From Candidatus Micrarchaeota archaeon (GTDB lineage: Archaea > Micrarchaeota > Micrarchaeia > Anstonellales > Bilamarchaeaceae): 64,000 nucleotides of DNA. The stretch spans positions 53,557 through 117,556 of the forward strand of contig JBDRPL010000005.1 of the NCBI GenBank assembly GCA_043827025.1, given 5' to 3'. Below, piece after piece: positions 9,946 through 20,290 of the stretch (within the stretch, counting starts at the first letter, position 1; the number at the start of each line of letters is the position of its first letter). Position numbers and translations under genes: made by a program. The notes under the pieces are model-generated. The model ran no database searches. It saw only the letters and a program-made list of their open reading frames with translations, and was not told the origin of the DNA.

Positions 9946-11172
9946 ATGGACGTAAACCAAGAAATACTGGAGCTTAGTGCAAGGGCAAAGGAAGAGGGAA
10001 AAGAATATCCAAAAAAAAGGTTTTTCCATGACAAGATAATGAGTTATCTGCCAGAGCGAATTTTCATTGCTTTGGTTGGTCCGCGAGGCGTTGGAAAAAC
10101 AGTAACACTAAAACAAATATTGTCTGAGACTGAGGCCGCACTTTATGTCTCTCTTGATACAACAAAACCTGAAAACGGAATATATGATTTTGCAAAAGAA
10201 GCTGAAGGAAGAGGCATAAAATTGTTACTTCTTGATGAGGTGCACAATTATCCGGGTTTTGATCGAGAACTTAAAAAAATATACGATGTTCTGAAAATCA
10301 ATGTGATATTTACTTCTTCAGCAGCACTTGCACTTCATGAGTTAACCTATGACCTCTCACGGCGCGTAAGGGTATTGCCAGCACCACCATTTTCCTTCAG
10401 AGAATTTGTATTTTTTGAAAAAGGAGATAAACCGCCAGCACTATCCTTTGACAATTTATTGGATGAGAATTATGCCAAGGAATATTATGGGAAAGTTATG
10501 CATGTGGAATATTTATTTGAAAGATATTTGGAAGGTAGAAATTATCCATTTACATTGGACAAAACTGATCGATTGCCATTATTTTACAATATCCTTGAAA
10601 CAATAATAAACAAAGACTTACTTCTCACTGGCAAAGTAACACTCGAAGAGGCAATAGAAGTCCGACGACTTATGACCTTCATCGGAAATTCACCTGTTGA
10701 AGATATGAATTACACGACAATTGCGAAGAATCTTGGAATAACAAGATACAAAACAGAAAAATATCTTGATCTTCTTGAAAAGGCATTCGTTCTGAAAAGA
10801 GTGATTCCTGCAGGCACTAACGTTCTCAAAGAACCTAAAATACTTTTGGGCCTACCATATCGTCTCCTTTACAAAAATTTTCGTGATTGTGTTGGTGCAC
10901 TGAGAGAAGATTTCTTTACTGATTCTATGAGATACCTAGGTTTTGAATTACATTACCTAAAATCCAATAGAGGAGAAAAAATGCCAGATTATGCTGTTAA
11001 AGATGTTGTTATTGAGATTGGAGGAACCTCGAAAGGTATTTCACAGTTCAAAGGTTTTTCAACAAAAAGAAAAATCGTGTTGACTCATCCAGGAACCATT
11101 GATAAAATACACAGACCTTTATTTTTTGCTGGTTTGGTTGACTCGTATGAAGCGAACACTACTGTTTTTTAG
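9946..11172 (+). CDS. AAA+ superfamily ATPase (AAA_14/DUF4143-like) with wHTH and nuclease-like tail
   Basis: GPRGVGKT, LLLDEVH, LKKIYD, YLDLLEKAF, PDY...IEIGG. Confidence 0.85.
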   Translation: MDVNQEILELSARAKEEGKEYPKKRFFHDKIMSYLPERIFIALVGPRGVGKTVTLKQILSETEAALYVSLDTTKPENGIYDFAKEAEGRGIKLLLLDEVHNYPGFDRELKKIYDVLKINVIFTSSAALALHELTYDLSRRVRVLPAPPFSFREFVFFEKGDKPPALSFDNLLDENYAKEYYGKVMHVEYLFERYLEGRNYPFTLDKTDRLPLFYNILETIINKDLLLTGKVTLEEAIEVRRLMTFIGNSPVEDMNYTTIAKNLGITRYKTEKYLDLLEKAFVLKRVIPAGTNVLKEPKILLGLPYRLLYKNFRDCVGALREDFFTDSMRYLGFELHYLKSNRGEKMPDYAVKDVVIEIGGTSKGISQFKGFSTKRKIVLTHPGTIDKIHRPLFFAGLVDSYEANTTVF

Positions 11173-11212
11173 TCCAGTCATATATTTTTCTAGTTTTTAG
11201 CCACATTCCAGA

Positions 11213-11734
11213 TCAAATTAAAATATTGCAGGTAACTGCAGGCAATCTCCAAGGAACTGTAACTTCTTCTGGCGCCCTACCCTGCCTGAGTATCCTAAAA
11301 TGTAATTCCGGCTCTCTTCCCTCATGCATTTTTCTGGCAAATTGTGAGAAAATCTCGCTATTGCTTCTCCATGGGACTATGACTGTTCCTGAGACTGCGC
11401 TTTCTATGAGTCGCATTGCTACAGTCCCATCGATTCCAGTTTCAGAAAAAAGAAGCCTTCCTATATTCCATGGAAGATTTGGAAAAACAGTTCCTGATAA
11501 GGAGTAATAACCGCGTACTCCTTCAAAACCGCCTGCGCCATAATGCGGTGGATTTGAAAGTACGTGCATCCCTGCAATTTCAGGAGGGATGAAACCGCCT
11601 GCGCCACTTAAAAAAGTAGCAGATGCTTCATAGTCCATCGGCAAAGTATCTAGGGTTAACCCGCCAACGACAAAATCTCTGTGTTCAGCATAAGTTACCT
11701 TTGGTCCGCTACGTAATAACAGTTCTTCATCCAT
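11213..11734 (-). pseudogene. N-terminal fragment of a branched-chain aminotransferase (class IV)
   Basis: HVLSNPPHYGAGGFEGVRGY matches the ilvE LHYG.G.FEG.RAY motif; ORF ends before the PLP-binding domain. Confidence 0.6.
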
Positions 11735-11871
11735 GTAAACACCACGTAAAATTGCTGCATCTATTTTGCGGGCTCAATTTTTTAAATGCTTTATGAATTT
11801 TCTCTGTTATTTGTCGAATATTTAGTTTTGACCAATAAAAAACAATTATAAACTTTCATCCTGATATATAC

Positions 11872-11887
11872 TCGAATAGATATTCGA
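11872..11887. promoter_or_regulatory. Palindromic operator candidate downstream of a TATA box
   Basis: TCGAATA-GA-TATTCGA, ~20 nt after TTATAAA (11846-11852). Confidence 0.5.
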
Positions 11888-11914
11888 ACTTATTATTTAG
11901 GTAGGGTTGAGATT

Positions 11915-12832
11915 ATGTTGAACAACGCAGACTGGACAAACAAACAAATTGTAATATTGGCTTTTGACCACAGAGGAAGCTTCACAAAGAACCTTTTTGG
12001 GATTTCAGGAAGAGGGCCAACTGCTGAAGAATCAAAGAAGGTGTCAGATTACAAGACAGTCATTTACGAAGGATTCAAGAAAGCCCTGACAAACGGAGTT
12101 TCTAAAGATGTTGCTGGCATTTTAGTAGACGAACAATTTGGAAAAGAGATTGTGCATGATGCAAAGAAAAACGGCTTCAGATTCGCCATGCCGGTTGAAA
12201 AATCAGGGCAGGATGAATTTGACTTCGAGTATGGCCAGGATTACCAAAAGCACATAAAGGAATTTGACCCTACGTTTTGCAAGATTCTTGTAAGATTGAA
12301 TCCGGAAGGTGATAGGGCAGTCAATGAAAGGCAGATGAAGCGCCTTAGGGAACTTGGTGAATTCCTAAAATCCATCAATAAACCTTATTTATTCGAACTT
12401 TTAGTTCCTGCAACTCCAGAACAGTTGCAAAGCGTTGGAAATGACAAGAAGAAATATGATTTTGAATTACGCCCAAAGCTCATGGCATGGGCAGTTGCAA
12501 TGGTCCAGGCAGCTGGAATTGAGCCAGATATTTGGAAACTAGAGGGTGTTGACAGGGCAGAAGATGCAAAACGAATTGTCGGGCAAGTCCAGTCTGCTGG
12601 TAGAACGGCAGGTGTTGTTACCTTAGGAAGAGGAGAAGATGCAGAAAAAGTCACAGAATGGCTTAAAATCGGAGCAAAAATCAACGGAGTCATTGGATTT
12701 GCCATTGGAAGGACAATCTTTTGGGATGCGCTTGCAGGCCTAAGGGATGGCAAATATGACAGGCAGAAAGCAATTGAGATAATCGCTGATAATTACCAAA
12801 GATTCGTCAAACTCTGGGTAGGGACCCGATGA
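11915..12832 (+). CDS. DUF2090/IolC C-terminal-like class I aldolase (LacD-like TIM barrel)
   Basis: LAFDHR, ILVDEQFG, PVEKSG, PDIWKLEG, LGRG, GFAIGRTIFW. Confidence 0.85.
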   Translation: MLNNADWTNKQIVILAFDHRGSFTKNLFGISGRGPTAEESKKVSDYKTVIYEGFKKALTNGVSKDVAGILVDEQFGKEIVHDAKKNGFRFAMPVEKSGQDEFDFEYGQDYQKHIKEFDPTFCKILVRLNPEGDRAVNERQMKRLRELGEFLKSINKPYLFELLVPATPEQLQSVGNDKKKYDFELRPKLMAWAVAMVQAAGIEPDIWKLEGVDRAEDAKRIVGQVQSAGRTAGVVTLGRGEDAEKVTEWLKIGAKINGVIGFAIGRTIFWDALAGLRDGKYDRQKAIEIIADNYQRFVKLWVGTR

Positions 12833-12855
12833 ATTGAGTTCATAATGGTGAACAA

Positions 12856-13800
12856 ATGCAGGATACGATCATTCAAAACAAAGATTTTCAGAATCAACTG
12901 CTTCGAGTAACTGAAAAGGCAGCAATCGCATGTTATGAATGGATTGGCAAGAAGAATGCGAAGTCTGCAGATCAGGCAGCTGTTGATGCAATGAGAAAGG
13001 AATTCAATTTTGTTGATATTGATGGCACAGTTGTTATTGGTGAAGGAGAAAGAGATGAGGCTCCGATGCTTTATATCGGAGAAAAAGTAGGCAATGGCAA
13101 AGGCCCTGAATGTGATATAGCAGTTGATCCGTTGGAAGGAACGAATCTTTGCGCCAATAACCTGCCAAATGCAGTTGCAGTGCTTGCCCTTGCCCCAAAA
13201 GGCACGCTGTTGCATGCACCTGATACTTATATGGATAAGATAGCAGTTGGCCCTAAGATCGGCAATGCAGTCTCACTTAAACGATCTGTCAAAGAAAATC
13301 TTGAAATCGTATCTCAAAAGCTTGGAAAACCAATGAAAGATGTTAGAGTGATAATGCTTGAACGCGATCGCCATAAACAACTGGCAAAAGAGGTTATTGA
13401 TGCAGGCGCTCAGATAAAATATATCTCTGATGGAGATGTTTTCGGTGCAGTTGCAACTCTTTGGGGTAAAGTAGACATTTTGCTTGGAATAGGTGCAGCT
13501 CCTGAAGGAGTGCTTGCAGCATCTGCCCTCAAACCGCTTGGTGGTTATATGGAAGGAATGCTCAAATTCAGGAATGAAGATGAAAGAAAGAGGGCAATCG
13601 CTTATGGCATGAAAGAGCCTGATAAACTACTGACAATCAATGATCTTGTGAAAACCAATGAATCGCTTTTTATGGCGAGCGGAGTCACTGACGGAGACTA
13701 CCTAAATGGCGTTAAAATTGAAGGAAAAATAGGAAAAATAAATTCTGTCGTAATAGATAAATACGGACACAGAATTATAGAAGAGAGGTTGGATATATAG
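12856..13800 (+). CDS. glpX: Fructose-1,6-bisphosphatase class II
   Basis: VVIGEGERDEAPML, DIAVDPLEGT, APDTYMDK, SDGDV, GAAPEGV, GVTDG. Confidence 0.97.
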   Translation: MQDTIIQNKDFQNQLLRVTEKAAIACYEWIGKKNAKSADQAAVDAMRKEFNFVDIDGTVVIGEGERDEAPMLYIGEKVGNGKGPECDIAVDPLEGTNLCANNLPNAVAVLALAPKGTLLHAPDTYMDKIAVGPKIGNAVSLKRSVKENLEIVSQKLGKPMKDVRVIMLERDRHKQLAKEVIDAGAQIKYISDGDVFGAVATLWGKVDILLGIGAAPEGVLAASALKPLGGYMEGMLKFRNEDERKRAIAYGMKEPDKLLTINDLVKTNESLFMASGVTDGDYLNGVKIEGKIGKINSVVIDKYGHRIIEERLDI

Positions 13801-13806
13801 AAAGAA

Positions 13807-14022
13807 TTAGTTCATCTTTTTCATTTTTTGAGAGCATACTCTTATCAATTTAGTTACTCTCTTTCTAGACAATTCATCCAAATCCCTTCCATTTAATTTG
13901 GTCAACTGAATAGATATTTCCTGAACTGCTGCCGGGCTGATTGAGCTGGTAAAGCAGTCTTCGTAATACTGGATATCATCTTCCAGTTTTCTTCTTAACA
14001 TTCCTGCAGTCATTCTTCTCAT
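13807..14022 (-). CDS. Hypothetical protein
   Basis: 71-aa ORF preceded by GAGG; fills the gap. Confidence 0.55.
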   Translation of the reverse strand: MRRMTAGMLRRKLEDDIQYYEDCFTSSISPAAVQEISIQLTKLNGRDLDELSRKRVTKLIRVCSQKMKKMN

Positions 14023-14177
14023 ACAACAAAACCTCTCAATAAGTTTTACAAAAATTCAGAACAATTAACTTAAACAAATATGTTAGATGTTCAAAATAGA
14101 TGTATTATATATACAACGGAACTCCTTTAAATACCTTTGGTTTGTAGTTATGAATGGGAATTCACAGCAAATTTGCA

Positions 14178-14426
14178 TTATTTTAGGTTTTTCCTTAGTA
14201 AATCCAGAGCTTCCTTTACAGTCTTATTCTTTAGTTTAACTGCTTCTTTCATATGCTCCCCGCAAAACCACACTTCGTTCGAAGGCTGGTCAGTGAGGCC
14301 TGCCCTTTCCAATCTTTTACGCTGTTTTTTATCTTCTTTGGTTTCCTTGAAACAGACAGTATCATACTTCAAATCAGGAAAGTCTTGTATTCCCCTTCCA
14401 CATATTGCGCATATTGGAGGTTCCAT
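14178..14426 (-). CDS. Small Zn-finger-like protein
   Basis: PPICAIC...WFCGEH. Confidence 0.75.
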   Translation of the reverse strand: MEPPICAICGRGIQDFPDLKYDTVCFKETKEDKKQRKRLERAGLTDQPSNEVWFCGEHMKEAVKLKNKTVKEALDLLRKNLK

Positions 14427-14502
14427 GCTTCTAATTGGTGTTTAAGATTTAAATGTTTTGTGTGTGTTACATATTTAAATACTTTGAAACACTCTTTAAT
14501 CT

Positions 14503-15324
14503 ATGATTGCCGTAAATAACAGACCATCCATAATCTTTCTGCGTTCCAAAAAGCAGTCTGATTCATCTGTTCATTTCAGGGACAGGCTTTCGTATCCCAC
14601 ATACACTGCAATACATCGAACCCCGGAGGAATTCGAATTTCTACGTGGCAGAATCTCTAGCATTCCTGATGCAAGGATACGTGTGCTTCAGGTTGGAATC
14701 GGAGAGGATCTTGTAGGAGAAACTCTTAGTTTGTTGGATATGCTGCATAGGACTGGCAAAGAGTATGAAATTACCTGTCTGGATCCAAATACAAGAGTTG
14801 TTTTTGGCCATGCATCGCAAAATGAATTCGAATTGCATGCCGATACTTTGTTATCCTGCGGGTTTGATGCAACGAATGCAAGAAGAATTCTCGGGGAAAT
14901 GCAGATAGTCAGAGATGTACATGAAATATCTGAGGAACCATTAGATGACGGATTTCATCGTCTTCAAATGGCAACATTTCGTTTTAATATTTTACCAGGA
15001 GTCCTTGATAGGCTTGCATATGTCGTAGGGGATATTTCAGAAGATCGATTACCTGGGGATATGCAAGGATTTCATGCAATAGTTTGTTTTCATACGCTTT
15101 ATCATTTAGAACACGATCCTCGATTAATAATTGAAGCAGTGAAAAACATGGCTTCTTATTTGCTTAAAGGAGGTTGTCTTGCAATAGATAGTGCCAGGTT
15201 TAATGTTTATGGCCTGCTTACGTCTGAATTGGTTCAAGAAATCGGGTTGAAGCTTGTTTATGATTCAAATGTACATGCAAGGCACCCCTTGAAAGAGAAT
15301 CCAAGGATATATGAACGAATTTAA
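14503..15324 (+). CDS. Divergent SAM-dependent methyltransferase (CheR-like)
   Basis: RVLQVGIG..GETLSL, YVVGDI, FHAIVCFHTLYHL, LLKGGCL. Confidence 0.7.
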   Translation: MIAVNNRPSIIFLRSKKQSDSSVHFRDRLSYPTYTAIHRTPEEFEFLRGRISSIPDARIRVLQVGIGEDLVGETLSLLDMLHRTGKEYEITCLDPNTRVVFGHASQNEFELHADTLLSCGFDATNARRILGEMQIVRDVHEISEEPLDDGFHRLQMATFRFNILPGVLDRLAYVVGDISEDRLPGDMQGFHAIVCFHTLYHLEHDPRLIIEAVKNMASYLLKGGCLAIDSARFNVYGLLTSELVQEIGLKLVYDSNVHARHPLKENPRIYERI

Positions 15325-15412
15325 TCTATCTATCCTATGGTTATTTTCCACGTATTTCTATTTTATAAACCCTTTCTAACACAATCTACAAACATATGAT
15401 TGGTTGATATTT

Positions 15413-16657
15413 ATGACACAAAGAGCTTTGGTTATGCAGGGAGGAGGACCGACGAGAGTAATTAATTCGACTCTTGTAGGGGTAGCAAGGCAGGCAAGAG
15501 TAAGGGAACTTGAATTAATTGGAGTAAGAAGGGGAATTGAAGGGATTTTGGGTGATCGACCGAACATCATCCATTTTTCAGACATCAATGATGGTAGATT
15601 AGATCTCATTTCCAGAACACCAGGCGCAGCATTAGGCACCACACGGGTAAAACCAACTCAAAAAGATTGTGAAAAAATAGTAGATCTTTTGATTGAAAAT
15701 AATATCAAATATTTATTCTATATTGGCGGAAATGATACTGCACTTGCAGTTCAATTGATGGATACGTATGCCAAATCAAAAGGTGCAGACATAGTATTTA
15801 CTCATGTCATCAAAACTATTGATAATGATGTTCCAGTGAATGATCATACGCCGGGATATGGCAGCGCTGCTAGATATGTCGCTTCTGTGGTAAGGGGTGC
15901 AGCACTTGATAATCTTGCATTGCCAGGAATATATCTTGCAGTTACTATGGGCAGAAATGCAGGTTTCCTTACCGCGGCTTCTGCACTTGCAAGAAGCAAA
16001 AATATACCTGAACTTGGACCACACATTATTTGTTTGCCTGAAAAAGAATTTGTTGAATCTGACTTTTTATCTCAAATTCATCAGACCTATTCCCGACTTG
16101 GAAGAGCAGTCATAGTTGTTTCTGAAGGAATATGGATTATGAAGGACGGTCAAAAAGTAGAGCTTACTAAATTATTGAAAGAAGGGTCAAAAAATGGCAA
16201 TGGAAATGGGGAAGATGGGTTTTATCATCCGCAACTTTCAGGAAGCGGCGCCCTTGCAGACCATCTTTCTGCCAGAATAACTGCTGAACTCAATATAAGA
16301 CGGGTTCGGGGAGATACACTTGGATATGCACAAAGAAGTTTTCTTGAAGGTTATTCAGAAGTTGATTGGAATGAAGCTCTTATGATTGGCGTTGATGCTG
16401 TGAATTACGCAGTTGATGGTCACGTATCAGGGTCTGTTGCTTTGCTAGCGAACAGAGGAGTAATATATCGATCCCACACAACAACCTGTGGGTTATCAGA
16501 GGTTGCTGACAAAGTACGGGTTCTTCCAGAAGAATTCATTGCAACAAATGGGCATGACATAACTCCTGCATTTATCGAATATCTTACTCCGTTGATAGGG
16601 ATACCTCTTCTTGAAGTTGACACGTTTCTTCAGGTCGATCGTAAACGAAGGCTATAA
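15413..16657 (+). CDS. pfp: Phosphofructokinase, PPi-dependent type
   Basis: QGGGPT, IGGNDT (Asp at the donor-specificity position), KTIDND, MGRNAG, LGYAQRS. Confidence 0.85.
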   Translation: MTQRALVMQGGGPTRVINSTLVGVARQARVRELELIGVRRGIEGILGDRPNIIHFSDINDGRLDLISRTPGAALGTTRVKPTQKDCEKIVDLLIENNIKYLFYIGGNDTALAVQLMDTYAKSKGADIVFTHVIKTIDNDVPVNDHTPGYGSAARYVASVVRGAALDNLALPGIYLAVTMGRNAGFLTAASALARSKNIPELGPHIICLPEKEFVESDFLSQIHQTYSRLGRAVIVVSEGIWIMKDGQKVELTKLLKEGSKNGNGNGEDGFYHPQLSGSGALADHLSARITAELNIRRVRGDTLGYAQRSFLEGYSEVDWNEALMIGVDAVNYAVDGHVSGSVALLANRGVIYRSHTTTCGLSEVADKVRVLPEEFIATNGHDITPAFIEYLTPLIGIPLLEVDTFLQVDRKRRL

Positions 16658-16703
16658 TCAAGAGATGAAGAACAAATATAAACATTAAGTTAGTATTTCT
16701 TTT

Positions 16704-16994
16704 ATGGAAATGCCATCTTTTTCGGAATCTTCTCCGTTTGAAATGATAAAAAAAATAAAGGTACCTCATTGTGCACGTGGACCGGCCAGTTGTGAAAAAT
16801 GCGAGGAAATAAACAAGAAACCTGCAAAATATAGTCTTGTCAAAGTGGCTTCTGATCCAAATGTTTGTAGGCCAATGACTTACTTTGGAACAGGAAAAAC
16901 TAGTGTTTTAATGCCCTATGAGGTAGTGAAGGTTTTCTCTTCGGAAAAGGAAGCAAAGGAGTATGCAAAAAAGAACAAGATAGAAATTCAATGA
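16704..16994 (+). CDS. Hypothetical Cys-containing protein
   Basis: HC....CEKC; leaderless after TATA-like AAATATAAA. Confidence 0.65.
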   Translation: MEMPSFSESSPFEMIKKIKVPHCARGPASCEKCEEINKKPAKYSLVKVASDPNVCRPMTYFGTGKTSVLMPYEVVKVFSSEKEAKEYAKKNKIEIQ

Positions 16995-17006
16995 GGGGAA
17001 TATGTT

Positions 17007-17279
17007 ATGACAATCGTTCGAGATGGAGTGCTACAATGCAAGTTCTGCAAGGGATATTTTGTAGGTTCTGTGAGTTTCTTTGTTCATATTGGCCCTGACG
17101 GCAAATCAGATATGAACACTATGGCGCCCAAGATCTGTCCTTATTGTAAAAAGGAGCTGAAGTATGCAGATTGGGGTGAAAATATAATGTATAATCCAAC
17201 GCTTCAGCCAAGATATAATAAAATGAGTGAGAAGGAAGCTTACAAGAAAGTGAAGGAATCGCAGGATAAGGCCAAATGA
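17007..17279 (+). CDS. Zn-ribbon protein
   Basis: CKFC...CPYC; SD GAGGGG. Confidence 0.75.
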   Translation: MTIVRDGVLQCKFCKGYFVGSVSFFVHIGPDGKSDMNTMAPKICPYCKKELKYADWGENIMYNPTLQPRYNKMSEKEAYKKVKESQDKAK

Positions 17280-17408
17280 CTTATTTTCTTGTCTTTGAAA
17301 GAGAATGTTAGAATTTCTAATATTATTTTAGTAGCATTGAATTAAACGTTATTACATACGTAAAAAAACGTAACATTTAATATATTAAACATACAATAAG
17401 CTGCAGAT

Positions 17409-17606
17409 ATGCAAAAGCTTCTTTCAAGACCTGAGAAAAATATTATTATATTGCAAGAACTGCCTTTACTTGGTGTAGATGTTGCCAAGAAATTAAGAAC
17501 TGCTTTTGAACGTTCTGAAAACAAAGGGTATTTTGAAATTCACACTGTTCCAGAGCCTGGAAAGGCTAAAAGTGATGAAGTGTTTACAAGTAGCGTGCCA
17601 AAATAA
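17409..17606 (+). CDS. Hypothetical protein
   Basis: 65-aa ORF with stop overlapping the next ATG. Confidence 0.45.
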   Translation: MQKLLSRPEKNIIILQELPLLGVDVAKKLRTAFERSENKGYFEIHTVPEPGKAKSDEVFTSSVPK

Positions 17607-18082
17607 TGATAATACAAAATTATTTTCCTGATCAGATCCCTTTCTATTTTAGTGATTTTGAAATATATACTGACCATTCTCCTTTTATCCTAATAACTGG
17701 AGAACCAGATGCGCCAATTCCAATTCCTAGTAACTGGGAACAAGTACTTTCTAGTTTAGCTGAGTTAGGGCTTAGAAAAATACATTTGTTTGGTTATGAA
17801 GCTCAAACAGTGCCTTTTGAAATGTGGGAAATATTTTATTCTAGGCGCTTAGATAATCCCCATCATAAAAGGATCTATGAAACAATGCACAAATTGTTTT
17901 TAGAAAAGCCTGAAGTCAAAGAAGAACCTGTTTTGATGATAGGTTGTGTTCTTGGTGCATATATTGAATTATTGGCAGCAAGAAAACAGTTTGGTTGTGA
18001 TATTGTTCTTGAGCATGAGCTATTGAATCCAGGTTTTGATGAACAGAATGTTGCGATATGGGCCCAAATCCTAGCAAAATAA
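17606..18082 (+). CDS. Hypothetical protein
   Basis: 158-aa ORF, no motif recognised. Confidence 0.6.
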   Translation: MIIQNYFPDQIPFYFSDFEIYTDHSPFILITGEPDAPIPIPSNWEQVLSSLAELGLRKIHLFGYEAQTVPFEMWEIFYSRRLDNPHHKRIYETMHKLFLEKPEVKEEPVLMIGCVLGAYIELLAARKQFGCDIVLEHELLNPGFDEQNVAIWAQILAK

Positions 18083-18495
18083 CAATATATTGGAATTTCT
18101 AGAAGTTTATTGGAAAGAGATAATTTACCTATGTCCCCAATCGGTTTCACGTTGGTAATGGTATTGTTCTAAGTTTTAGCAATGCAAAAGCCTACCTAAT
18201 TGATACGGAAATACTAAAGAATATTACACTGATTGACACAGTATTTCATCGCATTTCCAGAACAATTAATGCAGAAAAGATCGCGTCATTCTAACAGTAA
18301 ACTACTTTCATTATCAAGTACTGTTAGTGTAAACCAGACTTTATTGCACACAGCACAATTTTGTAGATCGGTTTACTAACACAGTATGAAGTGGCAAAAC
18401 TGGAAAAGGTAATCCTGGTTAAACGGATGAAAGGGTTGAAAAGAAGTGTTTTGAAGGAATTTTGGCATAACTGGCGTACTGCTACGGTGTTTATT

Positions 18496-19191
18496 TTATG
18501 GGGGTTTACTGAGGTGGTGTTTTTCAAAAGTTGGACAAAGGTTATCAAAAAGTTCAAACTCAAATCCTCGAATAATAGACACAAGTTTTGAATCAACTGA
18601 AAATCCAAGGAGTTCATAGTCATTTGTATCCCATCGGACATATACCTGATCATTTCTTTTAGAAGTCTTATGTTCGTACCTAGTACGTAAATTATTTACC
18701 TCTTTTATCCAAAGAGAATATTCTTTCAGTAGCCATTCACACAATTCGTGATCTCTTTTAATGATTAGATAATCTTCTTTAATTAAATCCATGTACTCTT
18801 TTCCACAATTCCCACATAAATTCCTTATTTTTGTAGAAACTTGCGTATTCAAAGAATTAAAGAATGAAGTCAGTTCAAAAGTTTGTAATGTTTTAGTTGT
18901 AGCTCCGTTCTGCTGAAGAATTATACGACATGTACAGTTTACAAGTCTTTTTGCACTAGTAATAAATGAGTCGCATTCAAAATCTAAAGGTGCAAGTTTA
19001 ACCTTTGGCATTTTGCCTTTTAGAAGTGGATCTATTGATTCAAAAATTTCAGTACTTGTATAATATTTTCTCATATTGGAGAAATGATATCCACATTTTT
19101 CTTTTAAATAAAAATATTCAGAAATAAGGTCTTCTTTTTGTCCTACTTCATTCTCAAGTTTCTTCATTTTCATCCCATTTCCTTTCCTCAT
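18496..19191 (-). CDS. Putative HEPN-domain RNase
   Basis: Helical protein with NNLRTRYEH (R-x4-H) near the C-terminus. Confidence 0.55.
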   Translation of the reverse strand: MRKGNGMKMKKLENEVGQKEDLISEYFYLKEKCGYHFSNMRKYYTSTEIFESIDPLLKGKMPKVKLAPLDFECDSFITSAKRLVNCTCRIILQQNGATTKTLQTFELTSFFNSLNTQVSTKIRNLCGNCGKEYMDLIKEDYLIIKRDHELCEWLLKEYSLWIKEVNNLRTRYEHKTSKRNDQVYVRWDTNDYELLGFSVDSKLVSIIRGFEFELFDNLCPTFEKHHLSKPP

Positions 19192-19245
19192 CCCATCTAT
19201 TTATTCCTTTCTTTCCTAAATGTTATTAGTTTTTCTAAGTATGTC

Positions 19246-19623
19246 TTAGATAAGTTCAACATCAACCAAACCCTTGAAATCACGATCCTTTGTCCAAAGG
19301 ATTAAACCATGACACCTTGCAGATGTGTAAATTATGCAATCAATAAGGCTTATTTTTCCATTTTTTCTTCGTTCGTCAGCATATATCCTTCCGCTGGCTA
19401 CGAATACGTCCTCGTCCAATTCAAGCATTACTGAAAGGGATCTAATAGTTTCAAGGTATTTCTCAGGAGATTCATTGTTCTTATGGCACCAGGCCGAAAT
19501 CTCTGCAAGCGTAATCGGACAGGTATAAACGCCGACATTCTGATAAAGCAACTTCCTGATTTTATTACCTGTTTCCGTAGACGTAAGATACTCTATCCAT
19601 GCAGACGTATCTAATAAAATCAT
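19246..19623 (-). CDS. vapC: PIN-domain (VapC) toxin
   Basis: ILLDTSAWIEY, LAEI, SLIDCII, TKDRDF. Confidence 0.92.
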   Translation of the reverse strand: MILLDTSAWIEYLTSTETGNKIRKLLYQNVGVYTCPITLAEISAWCHKNNESPEKYLETIRSLSVMLELDEDVFVASGRIYADERRKNGKISLIDCIIYTSARCHGLILWTKDRDFKGLVDVELI

Positions 19624-19838
19624 CAGAATTCCCTTGTTTTCTTATCTCTCTCGAAAGGTTTTGTGAAATGTTTTGCCATTCCAAATCCAAGATCAATTTC
19701 CGCCATATCTCTATGCTTAAGCAATACAACATCGATTTCGTCGCCGATTTTCAGGTTTTCCTGCTCTAGCCGTTCCTTTGGTATAAGTACACACGCCGAA
19801 GAACCAAGAGGCCTTATTTTAGATTTAAAGATGTCCAC
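19623..19838 (-). CDS. AbrB/MazE-type antitoxin
   Basis: KIRPLGSSACVLIPK..LKIGDEI; stop overlaps the toxin start. Confidence 0.85.
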   Translation of the reverse strand: MDIFKSKIRPLGSSACVLIPKERLEQENLKIGDEIDVVLLKHRDMAEIDLGFGMAKHFTKPFERDKKTREF

Positions 19839-19912
19839 ACAATCACCAATTATAATATATTATACGAAAGGTTTATAATTATAATTGATTATAATTTATC
19901 TGTCATTTTGTT

Positions 19913-20290
19913 TCATCTCTTTACCTCTTTCAATAGATCCTCATCAAAGCTAATCAATTCTGAGCCTGTCGTTCTTGCCAGATAAACTAATGACGCGTCA
20001 ATAAAGCTCAGCTGATGCTTCTGTTTCTTGTAGATATCTATGATTTTACCAAAATCATCCTCTGAGACAAATATGATTCTAAAATTTTCAGCTTGTTGCA
20101 CAGTTTCAAGGAATGCTTTTGAAGCTTCCAATCCATTTTTATACAACAAAACCGTTGCTGTTTCCCCGATTACGTATTCTGAAAGCAGGAACTTCCTATC
20201 GACGTAATTCTTCATCATGGAAATTGCCTTCTCGTGATTGGAATCATCCTTATCGTAAAACGAAATTAAAAAAGAGCTGTCAAGGATCAT
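19913..20290 (-). CDS. vapC: PIN-domain (VapC) toxin
   Basis: ILDSSFLI..D..H, ET.T, LSFIDAS, SFDEDL. Confidence 0.92.
   Translation of the reverse strand: MILDSSFLISFYDKDDSNHEKAISMMKNYVDRKFLLSEYVIGETATVLLYKNGLEASKAFLETVQQAENFRIIFVSEDDFGKIIDIYKKQKHQLSFIDASLVYLARTTGSELISFDEDLLKEVKR

Noticed and set aside
18324..18653. 109-aa minus ORF and 66-aa plus ORF overlapping the HEPN-like gene
   Set aside because: Large overlaps, no motifs, no clear initiation signals
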